A stretch of DNA of 64,000 bases from Chiloscyllium plagiosum (Eukaryota). The position numbers and the translations under genes were made by a program. The stretch is from positions 26,270,500-26,334,499 of the forward strand of contig NC_057739.1 of assembly GCF_004010195.1 (NCBI RefSeq), read 5' to 3'. The notes beneath the pieces were generated by a model. That model made no database searches and had not been told where the DNA came from. It was given only the letters and a program-made list of their open reading frames with translations. How positions within the stretch are numbered: the first letter of the stretch is position 1; every line of letters begins with the position of its first letter. This document shows, piece after piece, positions 25,023 to 38,940 of this stretch.

Positions 25023-28000
25023 CAAACTAACCCCTGCCGGACTGAATGGTCCATCGCTTGTTCTAAATTGCTGACTTCAAGCTGATATTTTCCTGCAACA
25101 GTCATTAGACACTGGTCAAGTGTATAGGCTGAAGACTCTTCTCCATCCCACCCACCCACCCAATGAAGGGCAATGCTCTGCCAACTTGCTGTCCTGTATA
25201 AAACACTGTATGCCTAGAGGTAAAGCCTTCTCCATCATGTCTGTTTAAAACCACTATCAGTCAGAAAGTACATTTATTGAGGAAGCTGAGCCACTACTCT
25301 CTGACTAGTTATCAGCCTTGGTTTGTTTGAGGGCGACTGGGGATGGCAGTGATGGGTACATCTGATGAGAACTTAATCCCACCTCCTAGAAGGAGAACAT
25401 TGGAAGTGTGTCCACTTTGAAATGGAAGGCTTATTTTATTGTTGTTATGCTTACTTCATGTCTGGAAAAACTTTTACCCTGTGGACTTATCCATTCATGG
25501 AATAAATATTCACCAACCAGTTCACTACTGCTATTCTATAGTGTCCTGCCTGAAATGACCAGACTGGAAATACAGCAGCGTGATCTGATGTGTTTCGTAA
25601 ACTGTGGGAACCATTTTGGAAGGTTGAACAAATTGCTATTCCACATCAAGCAGTGCCAACGAATGCCTCCAGCTCCAGATGGCAACCCTGCTCCCAACAC
25701 ATTATCCCAACAAATTATCTTCATTTCATCCATTTCATTTGTGCCAGAGAATGGTTTACTTTCCTTCAACTCTTCCATTTTGGTGTCTTTGAGGAAACAT
25801 TAACATCTGTAGAATGTGCTAATACATTTGAAGGCAGTTTTGTAGCAGGAGCCTGTTGCAAGTGACACGATTCTGCTTCAGGGTTTCAGAATGCATTTGG
25901 ACATTGCTACAGTTAATAACCAGAGTCATTCATCACCCTGCTCCCTTTAGAGGCACAGTCTAAGGGGACTGTTGCCCTTCCATTTGAGTGCATCTGTCCA
26001 GGTAAAAGGGCAGCGATCTGTTACAAACGTCAGCAAAGCCATCTGAAATCAGGGCACACATTGCTATTGTGGTCAATCTGACTGTGAGTTACTTATTCCT
26101 TTTTGAACTGGTTGTAAACCTAAAATAAATTGATAACGAATAACACTAAACACACAAAGGAGAGGGGAAGGTATAATAGTGAAAAGTAATACCCACTCAT
26201 CACATCAATTCCAGAATTTATTTTTTATTAATTGTAGAATATCGAGAACATTGAAATATTAATGGTTCCTTCATGATATTCTTTCACTTGTGTGAACGAC
26301 ATGACACCTGTGGTCTTTGTAAGTTAAGGACCTTTGCACTCTTTATATAATTACATTTAATGGTTTGTAATTTACAATGGTTTGTGCAAATTGGTTGGGT
26401 GACATGTAGTGTTTTCAGTCAAAATCTTGGCACATTACTGGATGTCTAAATTATCCTTAAAAGTGCCACTGAAACTGTTATGCTGGGTGACATGAGCTGT
26501 GTTAATTGCTTCAGGTTTTGTCTGCTTGTAAAATAATCTGTGATGGAGCAGACTGCTCTTGACTGTATGAATAAATATTTACTGCTTTAAGAAGCGTGGG
26601 CATCGTGCCAGTAACTGGAGATGGGTGAATTTTAATTGTAACTTTTTGCAGTCATGTACTGCCAGCCACCCTTGGGCATACTGTTCAAAGTTGCTTTTAT
26701 TAATATTTATACTTTATATTCATGTTGTTGCCTCAAGCTGTTGAGCTCTACTTCAGTGGGACACAGTTATTAGGTGATGGATCAAATACAGAGGAAGACA
26801 ATATGTTTGTCTTTGAAATAGTGTTTCTCAAAATTGAAGCGAGAAAAGCAGACTAGACAAAAATGACAATTGTAATAGGGTTCAGCCATCGAGCAACTGT
26901 AAAAGCTTTCACAAAATTACTAACATTTAGCCAGTTATGAATGTGCTTTTCTTTTTCATATTGTTTTCTTATGACTATTTTGGTGGATTTTTAAAAAATA
27001 ATTTACATTTCTAATATGTTTTTCTACATTGGATGGAAAGCAAAATGAGCTTTAGCTGCCTGGGCTAAACTAGTTAGGACAGTGAACACTTGTATGGATC
27101 TGTACTATTCAAGGAGGTCTTTTGTTCAAATTTAAAATGGGTTTCTAGCAGTGGAGTAAGTAACAACTGTTTTTACAATGCAACATTGTGAGTTGGCAGT
27201 TCTTTTTGTTAACCTGAAGCCTGACACTTGTACACCTGTAGATGTAGGTCGTGCTGTTGTATGTTACAATAGCACTCCTTCATGTAAGCTAGTCCATGAG
27301 TGAACCTCCAAGCATTTTTTCAATAATGCAAATCGCTGTTTTATATTATTGAATAAAGCAAATGAAATGGCGCTTTGGAGAGTTTGATATAAATAGCAAA
27401 CCGTGCAAAGACATCGCAGTGACATATGAGGAACATAAGAAATAGGAGCAGGAGTCAGCCCTTTGGAACTGCTCTGTCATTCAGTATGATTGTGGGGACC
27501 AACATTGACACCTCCAATTGAGGAAATGTACTCCTCCCTCTCTGTTGATGTACAGTAACTAAATATTTACAGTCAACCCCCCACCCGGGTTGTGAACATG
27601 TTCCAATCTTGAGTCCATTTGCAAGTCGATTTGTACACATCAATGCAGGACAATATAAAGCAACCATTCATAAATACAGAAAATGTTTATCTGTCAGGTA
27701 TTTAAAATTCATCCTTGTATGAGATTGCATTCATAAATTGGATGTTTGTATTCAGGGACCCCCTCTATTTGTGAACGTTGCGGATTGCCAGAATTATCCT
27801 GTTTTTATTTCATTTTTGAGTTCCCTCTTACGCTGTAAGAGTCACAAAAGGGAAAAAACCAAGGTCCCTGTTCCAGAGACTGATCTTATTTACAAGCTCC
27901 TTTTTGTTTACATCAGTGAGACATTCCACCAGCCCCAACTCCCCCACTGCTCAAAAAAATCCTTTTATGTATTATGTTCTTTGAATGGGAAAACATTATG

Positions 28001-30883
28001 TTTAAAACTAATTCCTCCCTGTAATAATGTGAGGGTATTAAATACCATGAACTAGAATGAAGTTGGAACTGCCTAGCTATACAATGGGTGCCTTAGAATC
28101 TAAAATTGCAAGCAGAGTGCATGCATGTATTCCTCGCCAGAAATGCAGCACTGCCATATTGGGAAAAGCTCAAATCTGAACATCTAGGGTCCTGAAATAG
28201 TGTTATTTTGAAATATTAAATATTTAAAAATATACTTAATTCATAAAAACCCTTTAGGAACACACATCATTACTGAATCCATGCTGCCTTTATACCTGAA
28301 GCACAAGCAGACATGGGAATTTGGCAATCCCTGCAGTTGAAGAAGAACCCAAGGTATTTATCAGTTATACAAGACTATGTTTCATACTTATGAGACATCG
28401 AGAGGGTCTGATAACTGAATGGACTGCCATTGTATTTTGGCAGAAAGACCTTAGATGAATTTTCCCACTATACCTTGGTGGCAGCTGCCCCAGACTTTAG
28501 TGTGACCCTCAGGTACTCCTGGACCATAGAATGTGCCAGTCTGCAACACACTGTTGAAGTCAATGCTTTGCACTGTAAGACCAACAAGTTTCGTTAAACC
28601 AAAGAGTGTCTTTCCCAAAGCTGACTGCCTGAAATAGTGCTAACTCTTTAACACGTATACAGGGACAACTTATAGAGTCATTGTCATAGTTATCCTTGCT
28701 GTATAATTCTATGATTATCTTCTTGAAACTGGACTGTCCTGAATGAGAGAATCAGATGTACTGGTGAATAACTCTGCCTTACTGCAGTCTCCTTCCAAAA
28801 TGGTGCATCTTATGTTCTTCGCCACTCCCCAGCACCACCCAAGGATATTGCTGGCCCCCGTTATCTCCCTCAGAATCGCCTCTTCCCACCTCCCTCCCAA
28901 CATGTCAGTTCTATACAATTCACTAGCTTAACTTCACTGAGGCTTGAGTAGGGCAGCTGACTGATTTTATGTCTGACTGCCTGATTTTTCACTGCCCTAG
29001 CCACTGGGGTCAGGTGGCTTTTTATCTGACATTTTGTGTCTTAACTCCGTGAAGTACCAGCAGAGACCTTTGCATGTTCTTTTCCATGTTTGGAAGAGCC
29101 TCAAACTAACCGGGACGCAGAACAAAGGTACATTTATATTTTTGTTTCCCCCGACCTCATCATTACTCATTTGTAACTGGCCCTTTTTATCTCAGACAGT
29201 GATGGATAGCTACATAGGCTGGTACATTTTCCAGTTGTGATGGCACCATGTCTGCACATTGCCAAGCTATCCAGTACCATTGGCCTCTGACGCAGTGACC
29301 ACCCCAGGTCCTGTTTCAGTCAGGCCCTTCTGACCTGTCCAATCTGGCACTTGGATCATTCTCTCAGCCAGTTGGTGCCAGTAGGTTTGCATGAGCCAAT
29401 TTCTTCCCTCCTGACTGGTCAATAAGCTTTCTGTTGCATAGCACCGTTCACAAAGTAAAGGCCTATTTTATCCATGGCAGGATAAATGGTGCGATACTCA
29501 TTGTAAGTCATGGTGGATGTATCAGAAAATGCTTGCTTCAGAGAGTTGCAGCTCCAAGATTCTGTGGAATGGTTCAGACATGGGAAAATCCTGAACTGCT
29601 ATGAATTGGCCTTGAGCAGAGGCAATGCACTTCCTCATACGGAAGGAAGAGGCACTGAAAGAAAATTCCTAAGTGCTGTGAAGCACTTCCTCGCTCTTGG
29701 TTGGAAGGCAATGGCAGAGAGCTGAGAGCAGGCAGGCTTGTTGCATATGGCTGCAGTGGGCTAAAGGGCGAGCAGAAGATAAAACAAATACTTTGCAAAA
29801 AAAAACCCATTAAGTTCAATGTTTCATTCATTACTTACAAAAGGTTAATACATGCATTATTCAACAGGTTTTGCTGATTTTCTTTGCTACTCTGCTGCCT
29901 TTGAATTAATATCTGTGCACAGCATTGCAAGCTGTGTAGGAGGCATTAATTTTCAGACGTTGGGGGAGGAGCAGAAAAGAATAGTTCACTGAGCTACAGA
30001 AATCTGATTTAATGGAGAAAATGACAAGAAAAGATGTCTCGTTGCTGATTATTATGCAGCTGAATTAAATAACATTATTAAAAAAAACTGAAACATTGAA
30101 GGAAATCTAGTGCTGAGCTTGGGCTAAAACTGTGCTTAAGAGTCTCCAGGTCTCCCCAAGTGTATCTTGTTCATGTAGCCATACATGAAGGCTAGTCGCT
30201 GTGGTAAACCAGTGGGGGGGGGGGGTCTCGTGCTGGCCCAGAGCACCACCTCAGGCATCACAGATGTACAGACTGAGAATATTGAATCAGTTGCTTTCCA
30301 CTGTGTACTTAGACCAATTTAGAAATGAAACCTTCAGTGAATTACTAAAGCAAAAAGAAATTAAATAACTTTTACAAGCTCAGCGTTATCCTGCCAGCCA
30401 TATGGGAAGATCCCAGCATGGCTTGCCTCTTCTCAATGTAAGGCTGACAGAAATAGCATCATTCTGATATTACCCACAGTGCTAGAAGGCAAGTGCATGC
30501 CCATAATAGGTGGTGTAGTCAGATTCCGTGTCAGTGCTATCATGTCAACCTGAACCTTAACTCAATTTCTTCCCATACGTAGGTTAAATTGGTTAAAATT
30601 GAATTAATGAGAATTTCAGAAATTCTGAGCACTTTTCACACATTTTGATTAACTTACTTCTCATCAATGGCCTTTTGGTTTTGCCTTCACTACAGTTCCA
30701 TTGCCAGTTAGAATATAGATACAAATTACTTCTGTCGACATTCAGGGACAAGTATTTCATGGCCTGCCATCTGTTAACTAAAGGCTGTACTTAGCTTGTT
30801 TATTCTATATACTTTGATACCTCCATTCGAATAGCAGGATGTCTGCAACCAGAATAAACAGTCGTCTGCTAATATCTTCACGG

Positions 30884-31232
30884 AGAGGCAATGGCTGAGT
30901 GGTATTATTGTTGGCCTCTTATCCAGAGATCCATGTTCTGGGGACTGGATTTAAATTCTGCCACAACAAGTGGTGGAGATTCAAATCCAACACAAATCTG
31001 GAATTAAGAGTCTAATGTTGGCCATGAATCCATTGTCAATTGTCAGAAAAACCCATCTGGTTCACGAGTGTTCTTTCCAGAAGGAAACTGCCATTCTTGC
31101 CTGGTTTGGCCTACATGTGACTCCAGACCCACAGCATTAGAGTTAACTCTTAACTGCCCTCTGGGCAATTAGGGATGGGCAGTAAGTGCTGCCTTGCAAG
31201 TTATGCCCACATCCCGTGAATGAATAAAAAGA
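30884..31232 (+). mobile_element. tRNA-derived SINE sharing its 3' tail with the LINE family at 2768 and 42240
   Basis: A-box-like tggctgagtgg, B-box-like ggatttaaattc, tail gggcaattagggatggg..gcccacatcccgtgaatgaataaaaa. Confidence 0.75.
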
Positions 31233-31628
31233 AAACAGCTTCCAGGCTACATTCTCCATTCGAATCATGAAGGCAATGCAAGTTGCATTGCACACCATGA
31301 GAGGACGATCAGCTCTCTCCCCAGGATTTCAATGGCCCTTTCTACCTAGTTCTCCCTGGACAGTCTACCACAACTGAGTGCACATATGTTCCCATCCACA
31401 ACCTCAAACTGATTCCACTCCCCCCCCCCCCCCCCCCCCTCCAAAACAATCAAATTTCTCCTCCATGTGCTGCAGAGCTCCCTTGTTGAGGCTGCGGCAT
31501 CCTTTCTGCCTCCTATGACATCCCATGGCAAATCTTGGACAACCCGCTCTCTCCCTTTTATATTGAGTTTCCCTCCTCACCTGTAACTGTCCTTGCCTCC
31601 TCCACATCTCCGGCTTCTCCCCATGAGA

Positions 31629-31639
31629 CACACACACAC

Positions 31640-31670
<31 letters not shown>

Positions 31671-31710
31671 GTCTATTTGACACACACAGACACACTCACA
31701 CTCACTCATT
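31629..31710. repeat. (CA)n(CT)n compound microsatellite
   Basis: Read directly from the sequence; a poly-C tract lies at 31419-31442. Confidence 0.9.
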
Positions 31711-32024
31711 CCACTGACACACAGGACTGACTGTAGCCCACTTTTTGGACTGTATTGAGTCAGTTCTCCTGAACATAGCCACCCCACACAGACGACTGAC
31801 TCAAGTCCCTGGACTGTGAATGACCATTTACCTGGATTGACTTTACTGAGAGTGCTTGGCTAACAGCAGTCCCCCTTAACTCACTGGAGAACTTTGCTGT
31901 GGCCCCTCCGAGAGATCCCTTGCCATTTGGTTGCAGCACACGCAGTGTATTTCCCACGGACAGCTGAAGGCTGCTGTCCTTTTCTGGGAGAATCGAAAAT
32001 CATAGTTTAATAATAACAGATCAC

Positions 32025-32285
32025 TCATTTAAGACCGAGATGAGGAAATTTATTTTTCTCTTAGAGAGTTGCAATTTTCATTGGATTCCCTTCCTTAAAA
32101 GGCAGTGAACGCAAAACCTTTAAATGTTTTTAAGGCAGGAAGTAGGTGGATTCTTGATTACTGAGAGGATGAAAGATTATCAGGGAGATGCAGGGATGTG
32201 GAGCTGATGTTAAAATCAGAGCAGCCATGATCTTCTTGGAAGATGGCGCAGGCTGGAAGTGCTGAGTGGCCGCCTCCTGAATTCT
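32025..32285 (+). mobile_element. CR1 LINE 3' end (older)
   Basis: tttaagaccgagatgagg..aaggcagtga..tttttaaggcag..tcagagcagccatgatc..gcaggctggaagtgctgagtggcc. Confidence 0.75.
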
Positions 32286-32363
32286 GTTGGACTTGTTACT
32301 CCTTTCATTGAGAAAAGCCTCAATCAACAACCAGCGTGTTATCACAGATTTCTCGCTATAACC

Positions 32364-32672
32364 CACGGTGGCACAGTGGTTAGCACTGATGCCTCACAGT
32401 GCCAGAGACCCGGGTTCAATTCCCGCCTCAGTCACACTGACTGTGTGGAGTTTGCACGTTCTCCCCGTGTCTGCGTGGGTTTCCTCCGGGTGCTCCAGTT
32501 GCCTCCCACAGTCACAAAGATGTGCAGGTCAGGTGAATTGGCCGTGCTAAATTGCCCGTAGTGTTAGGTAATGGGTAAATGTAGGGGTATGGGTGGGTTA
32601 CGCTTCGGCGGGTCGGTGTGGACTTGTTGGGCCGAAGGGCCTGTTTCCACACTGTAATGTAATCTAATCTAA
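32364..32672 (+). mobile_element. HE1-type SINE, near full length, young (CpGs retained)
   Basis: A box tggcacagtggtt, B box gggttcaattccc, V-domain, (tctaa)n tail. Confidence 0.93.
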
Positions 32673-32751
32673 AAACCCATGCCATTTGGAGCCTGGGAAG
32701 GTTCTGTCCAGTATTTGTATTTTGCTTTTATATATTTTGCTGGATATTATA

Positions 32752-33508
32752 ATAGAATCATAGAGATGTATAGCATAGAAACAGACACGTCGGTCCAACT
32801 TGTCCATGCCGACCAGATATCCCAACCCAATCTAGTCCCACCTGCCAGCACCTGGCCCATATCCCTCTAAATTCTTCCTATTCATATACCTTTTAAATGC
32901 CTTTTAAATGTTGCAATTGTACCAGCCTCCACCACTTCCTCTGGCAACTCATTCCGTACACGTACCACCCTCTGCGTGAAAAAGTTGCCCCTTAGGTCTC
33001 TTTTATATCTTTCCCCTCTCACCCTAAACCTATGCCCACTAGTGCTGGACTGCCCCACCCAGGGATAAGACTGTGTCTATTTATCCTATCCATTCCTCTC
33101 ATGATTTTATAAACCTCTATAAAGTCACCCCTCAGCATCCGACATTCCAGGGAAAACAGCCCTAGCCTGTTCAGCCTCTCCCTGTAGCTTAAATCCTCCA
33201 ACTCTGGCAACATCCTTGTAAATCTTTTCTGAACCCTTTCAAGTTCGCAACCTCTTTCTGTAAGATGGAGACCAGAATTGCACGCAATATTCCAACAATG
33301 TCCTGTACAGCCGCAACATGACCTCCCAACTCCTGTACTCAATACTCTGACCAATAGAGAAAAGAATACCAAACACCTTCTTCACCATCCTATCTACCTG
33401 CGACTCCACTTTCAAGGAGCTATGAACCTGCACTCAGCCATATCTACCGCTCTGCCCTCATCAATGCTCTTTGTTACTTCTTCAAAAATCTCAATTAAGT
33501 TTGTGAGA
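32752..33508 (-). mobile_element. CR1/HER1 LINE 3' fragment with internal deletion
   Basis: ORFs 33019-33372 and 33239-33433 (LEYCVQFWSPSY, ERVQKRFTRMLP); a short RT-region piece at 33436-33508. Confidence 0.93.
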
Positions 33509-35380
33509 ATAGGTCTGTGTGTGTGCACATATTTCTCATTCAAGTCTCTGTTTTGATTTCATTATCAATTTTAAGTTTAAACTGCTTACGCAACTGATTA
33601 GATAGAAATCCAGCAAGTAAACAATTACCTATAACTGTTCAAGTAAAAGTCAGAAAGTGCCACTGTAGGACCTGTGTCTTACCTCTCTCTAAGCCAGTTC
33701 TAGCTCTATCTTGAATAGGGAGGAACTTCAAGTTTGGAACTGACTATACCTCATGCCACAGGCAATTTAAAATGTATTTTGGTTTTGAATATTTCTCTTG
33801 TTGAGGAGCTGGCACAGGGATATTGGACTGGATGGCTTGCACTTGCACTGAATTATTGTGCAGTTCTGTGGTTCTTGTACTCTACTGTATGGTGTTGTCA
33901 TTAAAGATGTTATCATCATCGTTTTCAGAGAGATTAAATGTGAATAAAACTAACAAAACCTTGATATACTCAAAAGGGTTAAGGACTTGGCAATGAAAGG
34001 CAACGTCAACAGCCAATGGGACATTTGTGGGACACAAAGTGAATAGTAAAACTGACTCACTTCATGAACATTTAGATCTGAGAACAATCACTTACTTTGT
34101 TCTCAGATGCAGAAATAAATAAATAAAAGCTAACTCAAGGGCACATTCATCCTTTCAGCACATTTTGAGTGAAGGCAAACAACAGAATCATTAAAGAACT
34201 TTGTCAAGGGGAATAAAAAATAACTACGCATATCTTGTTGCGGCAATGGGTATAAAGATTATCAGGAAGGGTAAATATCAGTTATGAATGGGTCGAGTCA
34301 GGGAGGTTTGAGTAAGATACTAGAAAAAGAATTCATGCTTCAGAATGCCTTTCAGTTCCTCTGACTGACTCACTGCCCATGTGTACTCTACTATAGGTCA
34401 CTACAAACGGAAAGGCTGTGGTGAGCATACAGTGACTGACTGTCCCGTAATAAGATCTTATTGTGAGGGAAGCCTTTCTGGAATGTGAGTAGAGAATAGT
34501 AACACACCACATGCTAAAAGGGTTAAAAGGTAAAGTCTGCTTGATTTATCCCGTAAAATCTGGTCTAATGATCCATATATTTGCATGTGGGCGGGAGGTT
34601 TCACAAGACCTTCTGAGTAATCATTTAATGGTTCATTTACAGCATTGCACTAATGATTTGTAGAAGCGTTTGTCAATGTCCAGCTTTGTAGCATTGCGAA
34701 AGCAGGAAGTGGAGCTCATTCTGATGTTGAGCAATGACTGTTTCATGTGGAGTCAAGACACTTGTACTAAGTTACTCAGAGATGCAGAATTCTACTAGAA
34801 GCCTACTTTAATTTTTCACAGCTACCCAGCTTTCTCTTCGAAAAGAAAACTGCAGATTGTTTGGAATTGTACTTTGTCACAGTTTTGAAGGAAGAATAGT
34901 TTCAGGGTTAGTATTACCACAGTTAATGTGATATGTGGATAATTAATCAGGAATAAAATCCTGGCTGAGCATGAGAACTATTGTCCCAGTGATTGTTTTG
35001 GAATGGAAAGGAAATGTGAAATAGCTGATAAAAAATATGACCTTGGAAATGGATATCCAGTCAATGTGTTGTGGAAGAAACTGAAGCTGAATGAATCTAT
35101 TGATTCAAAATGTAATGTAACTCTGCCTTTTTGAATTAGCATTCAGTGGAGCTGGGAAGAAAACAAGTTGGGAAATTAATATGTGGTTACAGAGCTGTTT
35201 GGCAAAGATTTAACTGGCTGGTGTCTTCACAGGATTAACAAAAAAAGCCTCACGGTGACATGCTACAATGGAACAGCAACAGAACCATAACCCACATGCT
35301 CTAGGAATTCAGAACAACCTCCTTTATAAACCAGGCACGGGCTATCAGCAAGAAGCTCAGGTCAGTTCAGCTGCCTTGCT

Positions 35381-35632
35381 ACCTTAAGAGCTTGACTGGT
35401 GTTTAAGATTTTAACATGTGCGCTTCATAAATATTCTTTTCAAATAGTTACAAAAGTTTGACATAGTTTTGGGCAAAGTGTTCAACCAGACAGTGGTTGG
35501 TAACACAACCTTAAGAGCTTGACTGGTGTTTAAGTTTTTAACATGTGCGCTTCATAAATATTCTTTTCAAATAGTTACAAAAGTTTGACAGTTTTGGGCA
35601 AAGTGTTCAACCAGACAGTGGTTGGTAACACA
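35381..35632. repeat. tandem duplication, 127 bp + 125 bp
   Basis: 35381-35507 and 35508-35632 differ by one substitution and a 2-bp indel. Confidence 0.95.
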
Positions 35633-36447
35633 GTAAGAGCAAGTTAAATTATGTACGATATAGGCGTAATTTGTGCTGAGATTAAATTAGCGTCTTGCAG
35701 CTAACAATGCTCCTACCTGAAAGACATTGCATTCTTTGGTTACTGCCAGCTCAGTACAGGAATTCCCCTGAACTGCCTGCATGTAAAATAAAGCAAGTTG
35801 TAGTTACTAATAGGAAGCTTCTGATCCGTGACTCTGTGAAAAATTATGGAATAATTACTAAGCACAGAGTTGGAACATTTATTGCAAGTTGAATTGCAAA
35901 TGGGTTTGGATTATTGCGAAGGATTTTAGATGATCTTAAACTGGAAATAACTTGCTCGAAATACTGAAAAATTACTGCTCAGCATCTACCACAGAATGTA
36001 AGATTAAGTTTGGAATAAAATTTTTATCTGACCGTAGCTGAGAAAGTGTCAAACCTAAAATATTTTCTTCTTCTTCCCTTTCAGACACCAAATAATTTCC
36101 TGTGCATTTTTTTAGCACTTTTCTGTCTTTGTACTGGGGAGCGGGTTGGGGGGTGGTGGGGTGGTTTCCCGGTGTTCATTGCCCTGATACTTTTAGTTTT
36201 GTGAATGTGTTCCTGTTTTGTTGGGGAACAAGTTTTGGTATTCATTCAGCTGGTTTACATTGGGGTGTTGACGAAAATGAATTTCTTTTTTGTGAGAAGT
36301 AAAGCCCCCTTTATGGTCCTTTCAGGATGCATTAGATTTTTTGAAACATAACTCCTTTGAATAGCAAGGAACCTCTGTATGTTAGAAATATTGGTGATGG
36401 TTTACATGCATGCATGCATGTGTCCCAAGATGAGACATTTTTTTAAA

Positions 36448-36840
36448 TTTAGAGTGTAGGAGGTTGAGGGTAACCTTACAAAGGTTTATTAAATCATGAG
36501 AGGTATAAATAAAGTCAATGGCAGGTGTCTTTTCCCTAGTTTGGGGGATTTCAAGACCTCGGGGCATATTTTTAAGGTGAGAGGAAAAAGATTTAAAAAA
36601 TGGCAGGGGAGCAATTTCCTTTACACAGGGTGGTTTGGGCGTGGAATGAACTTCCAGAAGTGGTGGATGTAGGTACAGTTACAATGTTTAAAAGACACTT
36701 AGGTAAGTACATGAATAAGAAATGTTTGGAGGGATATCGGTCAAGAGCAGGCAGGTGGGACTACTTTAGCTTGGGACTATGGTTGGCAGGGACTGGCATG
36801 CCAACCAAAAGTGTCCATTTCCGTGCTGTATGACTCTATT
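36448..36840 (+). mobile_element. CR1/HER1 LINE 3' fragment
   Basis: ORF 36600-36833 RVVWAWNELPEVVDVGTVTMFKRHL; tail gctgtatgactcta. Confidence 0.9.
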
Positions 36841-37757
36841 GTATTGAGGGTGCAGCAGGTTAAGGGTGGGAATAATGACCAACATTTTCCACTAATTTTG
36901 GATTGAGGCCCTGACTGTACACTCTTCCAAAAGCTGGGACCTTCTGTTAAGGAGCCAAATAGTGTCCAGGGACTGTGTTGACTGTCTGAGTAGGTCCAGC
37001 AGGCAGGCTGTTGAAACTGGAATAAGGGAGAAAGAAAAGGTGTCTCCCTCAGGCACCCTCTAAGCAGGTTCATAAAATCCAAAGACAATAACAGCGACAG
37101 CTGCTGGGCTCCCATTGTGGATTGCCACCACATCCTTGCTTTCTCTGGGACGATGGTGCAAGGGATGGTGTGGTGTTATCACACCAGCTAGTGCCACAAA
37201 GTGACGTGTGTTCACTTCCATTTCTGGCCCCATTCTGAGGTAGAAATCCTGCTCTCAATCTCTACCCAGTGACTCTGCTTCATGTGGGTGAAGATCTCGC
37301 ATGACTTCACTGCCATCAGCTTATTCCAATGCAAGATGCTTCAGGATGCATTCGGCTCAGCTTAATCTGTCCAATAATGGCACATCTACGTTCCCTGCGC
37401 CCTCCGTTACTGGAACGACCTGTTGCTGGAATGATTACGGGATGTTTGCTTCCACTGTACTGGATAGAATACTTCCTGTGGGAAGACAAACCTGCCAATA
37501 TCAGTCCTGTTACCTATTTGTCATTTATACCATTGTTCCTATCATAACCACATGGTTTTATGTTTTTAAAGACATTTTAGGCTTATCCTTTTTCATACCC
37601 CTGTAAGATCTGCACTCTGCTACCTGCTTTCCAGACTGAAAACTCAATCAATCAATGGGACATGACTGGTTAAGCAGAAACTGAGCCAGTGGACAGTTAA
37701 AACAGGTAGATCGCATGTGCAGTGTTAACTGCAAGGTTGTGGAAGCAAAAGACGTCT

Positions 37758-38940
37758 AGGTAAAAACAATGACTGCAGATGCTGAAAACCAGATTTTGGA
37801 TTAGTGGTGCTGGAAGAGCACAGCAGTTCAGGCAGCATCCGAGGAGCAGCAAAATCGATGTTTCGAGATTTACCTGGACCATCTCTGACACCTCCCTCCC
37901 CTTCCTAGACCTCTCCATCTCCATTAATGACGACCGACTTGACACTGACATTTTTTACAAACCCACCGACTCCCACAGCTACCTGGATTACACCTCTTCC
38001 CACCCTACCTCTTGCAAAAATGCCATCCCGTATTCCCAATTCCCCCGCCTCCGCCGTATCTGCTCCCAGGAGGACCAGTTCCACCACAGAACACACCAGA
38101 TGGCCACCTTCTCTAGAGACCGCAATTTCCCTTCCCACGTGGTTAAAGATGCCCTCCAAAGCATCTCATCAACATCCGCACCTCCGGCCTCAGACCCCAC
38201 CCCTCCAACTGTAACAAGGACAGAACGCCCCNNNNNNNNNNNNNNNNNNNNNNNNNNNNNNNNNNNNNNNNNNNNNNNNNNNNNNNNNNNNNNNNNNNNN
38301 NNNNNNNNNNNNNNNNNNNNNNNNNNNNNNNNNNNNNNNNNNNNNNNNNNNNNNNNNNNNNNNNNNNNNNNNNNNNNNNNNNNNNNNNNNNNNNNNNNNN
38401 NNNNNNNNNNNNNNNNNNNNNNNNNNNNNNNNNNNNNNNNNNNNNNNNNNNNNNNNNNNNNNNNNNNNNNNNNNNNNNNNNNNNNNNNNNNNNNNNNNNN
38501 NNNNNNNNNNNNNNNNNNNNNNNNNNNNNNNNNNNNNNNNNNNNNNNNNNNNNNNNNNNNNNNNNNNNNNNNNNNNNNNNNNNNNNNNNNNNNNNNNNNN
38601 NNNNNNNNNNNNNNNNNNNNNNNNNNNNNNNNNNNNNNNNNNNNNNNNNNNNNNNNNNNNNNNNNNNNNNNNNNNNNNNNNNNNNNNNNNNNNNNNNNNN
38701 NNNNNNNNNNNNNNNNNNNNNNNNNNNNNNNNNNNNNNNNNNNNNNNNNNNNNNNNNNNNNNNNNNNNNNNNNNNNNNNTACTTTCTCCCCACCCCCACC
38801 CTCCTCTAGCTTATCTCTCCACGCTTCAGGCTCTCTGCCTTTATTCCCGATGAAGGGCTTTTGCCCGAAACGTCGATTTTGCTGCTGCTCAAATACTACC
38901 TGAACTGCTGTGCTCTTCCAGCACCACTAATCCAAAACAA
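37758..38940 (+). mobile_element. Penelope-like element (RT C-terminal part) with inverted 5' terminal repeat, spanning the gap
   Basis: SLPFLDLSI..DIFYKPTDSHSYLDYTSSHP..KNAIPYSQF.RLRRICS; 37758-37865 is inverted relative to 38865-38935; TSD aagcaaaagac(g/a)tct at 37743-37757 / 38941-38955. Confidence 0.92.
38232..38780. other. assembly gap (N run)
   Basis: Run of n characters. Confidence 1.

Noticed and set aside
32364-32440. A/B-box segments here and in other SINE heads as tRNA genes
   Set aside because: They continue into SINE bodies and LINE-derived tails and lack a complete cloverleaf
37779-38903. 374-aa and 218-aa long ORFs
   Set aside because: Their length is an artefact of translating the N gap; the real part is a Penelope RT fragment
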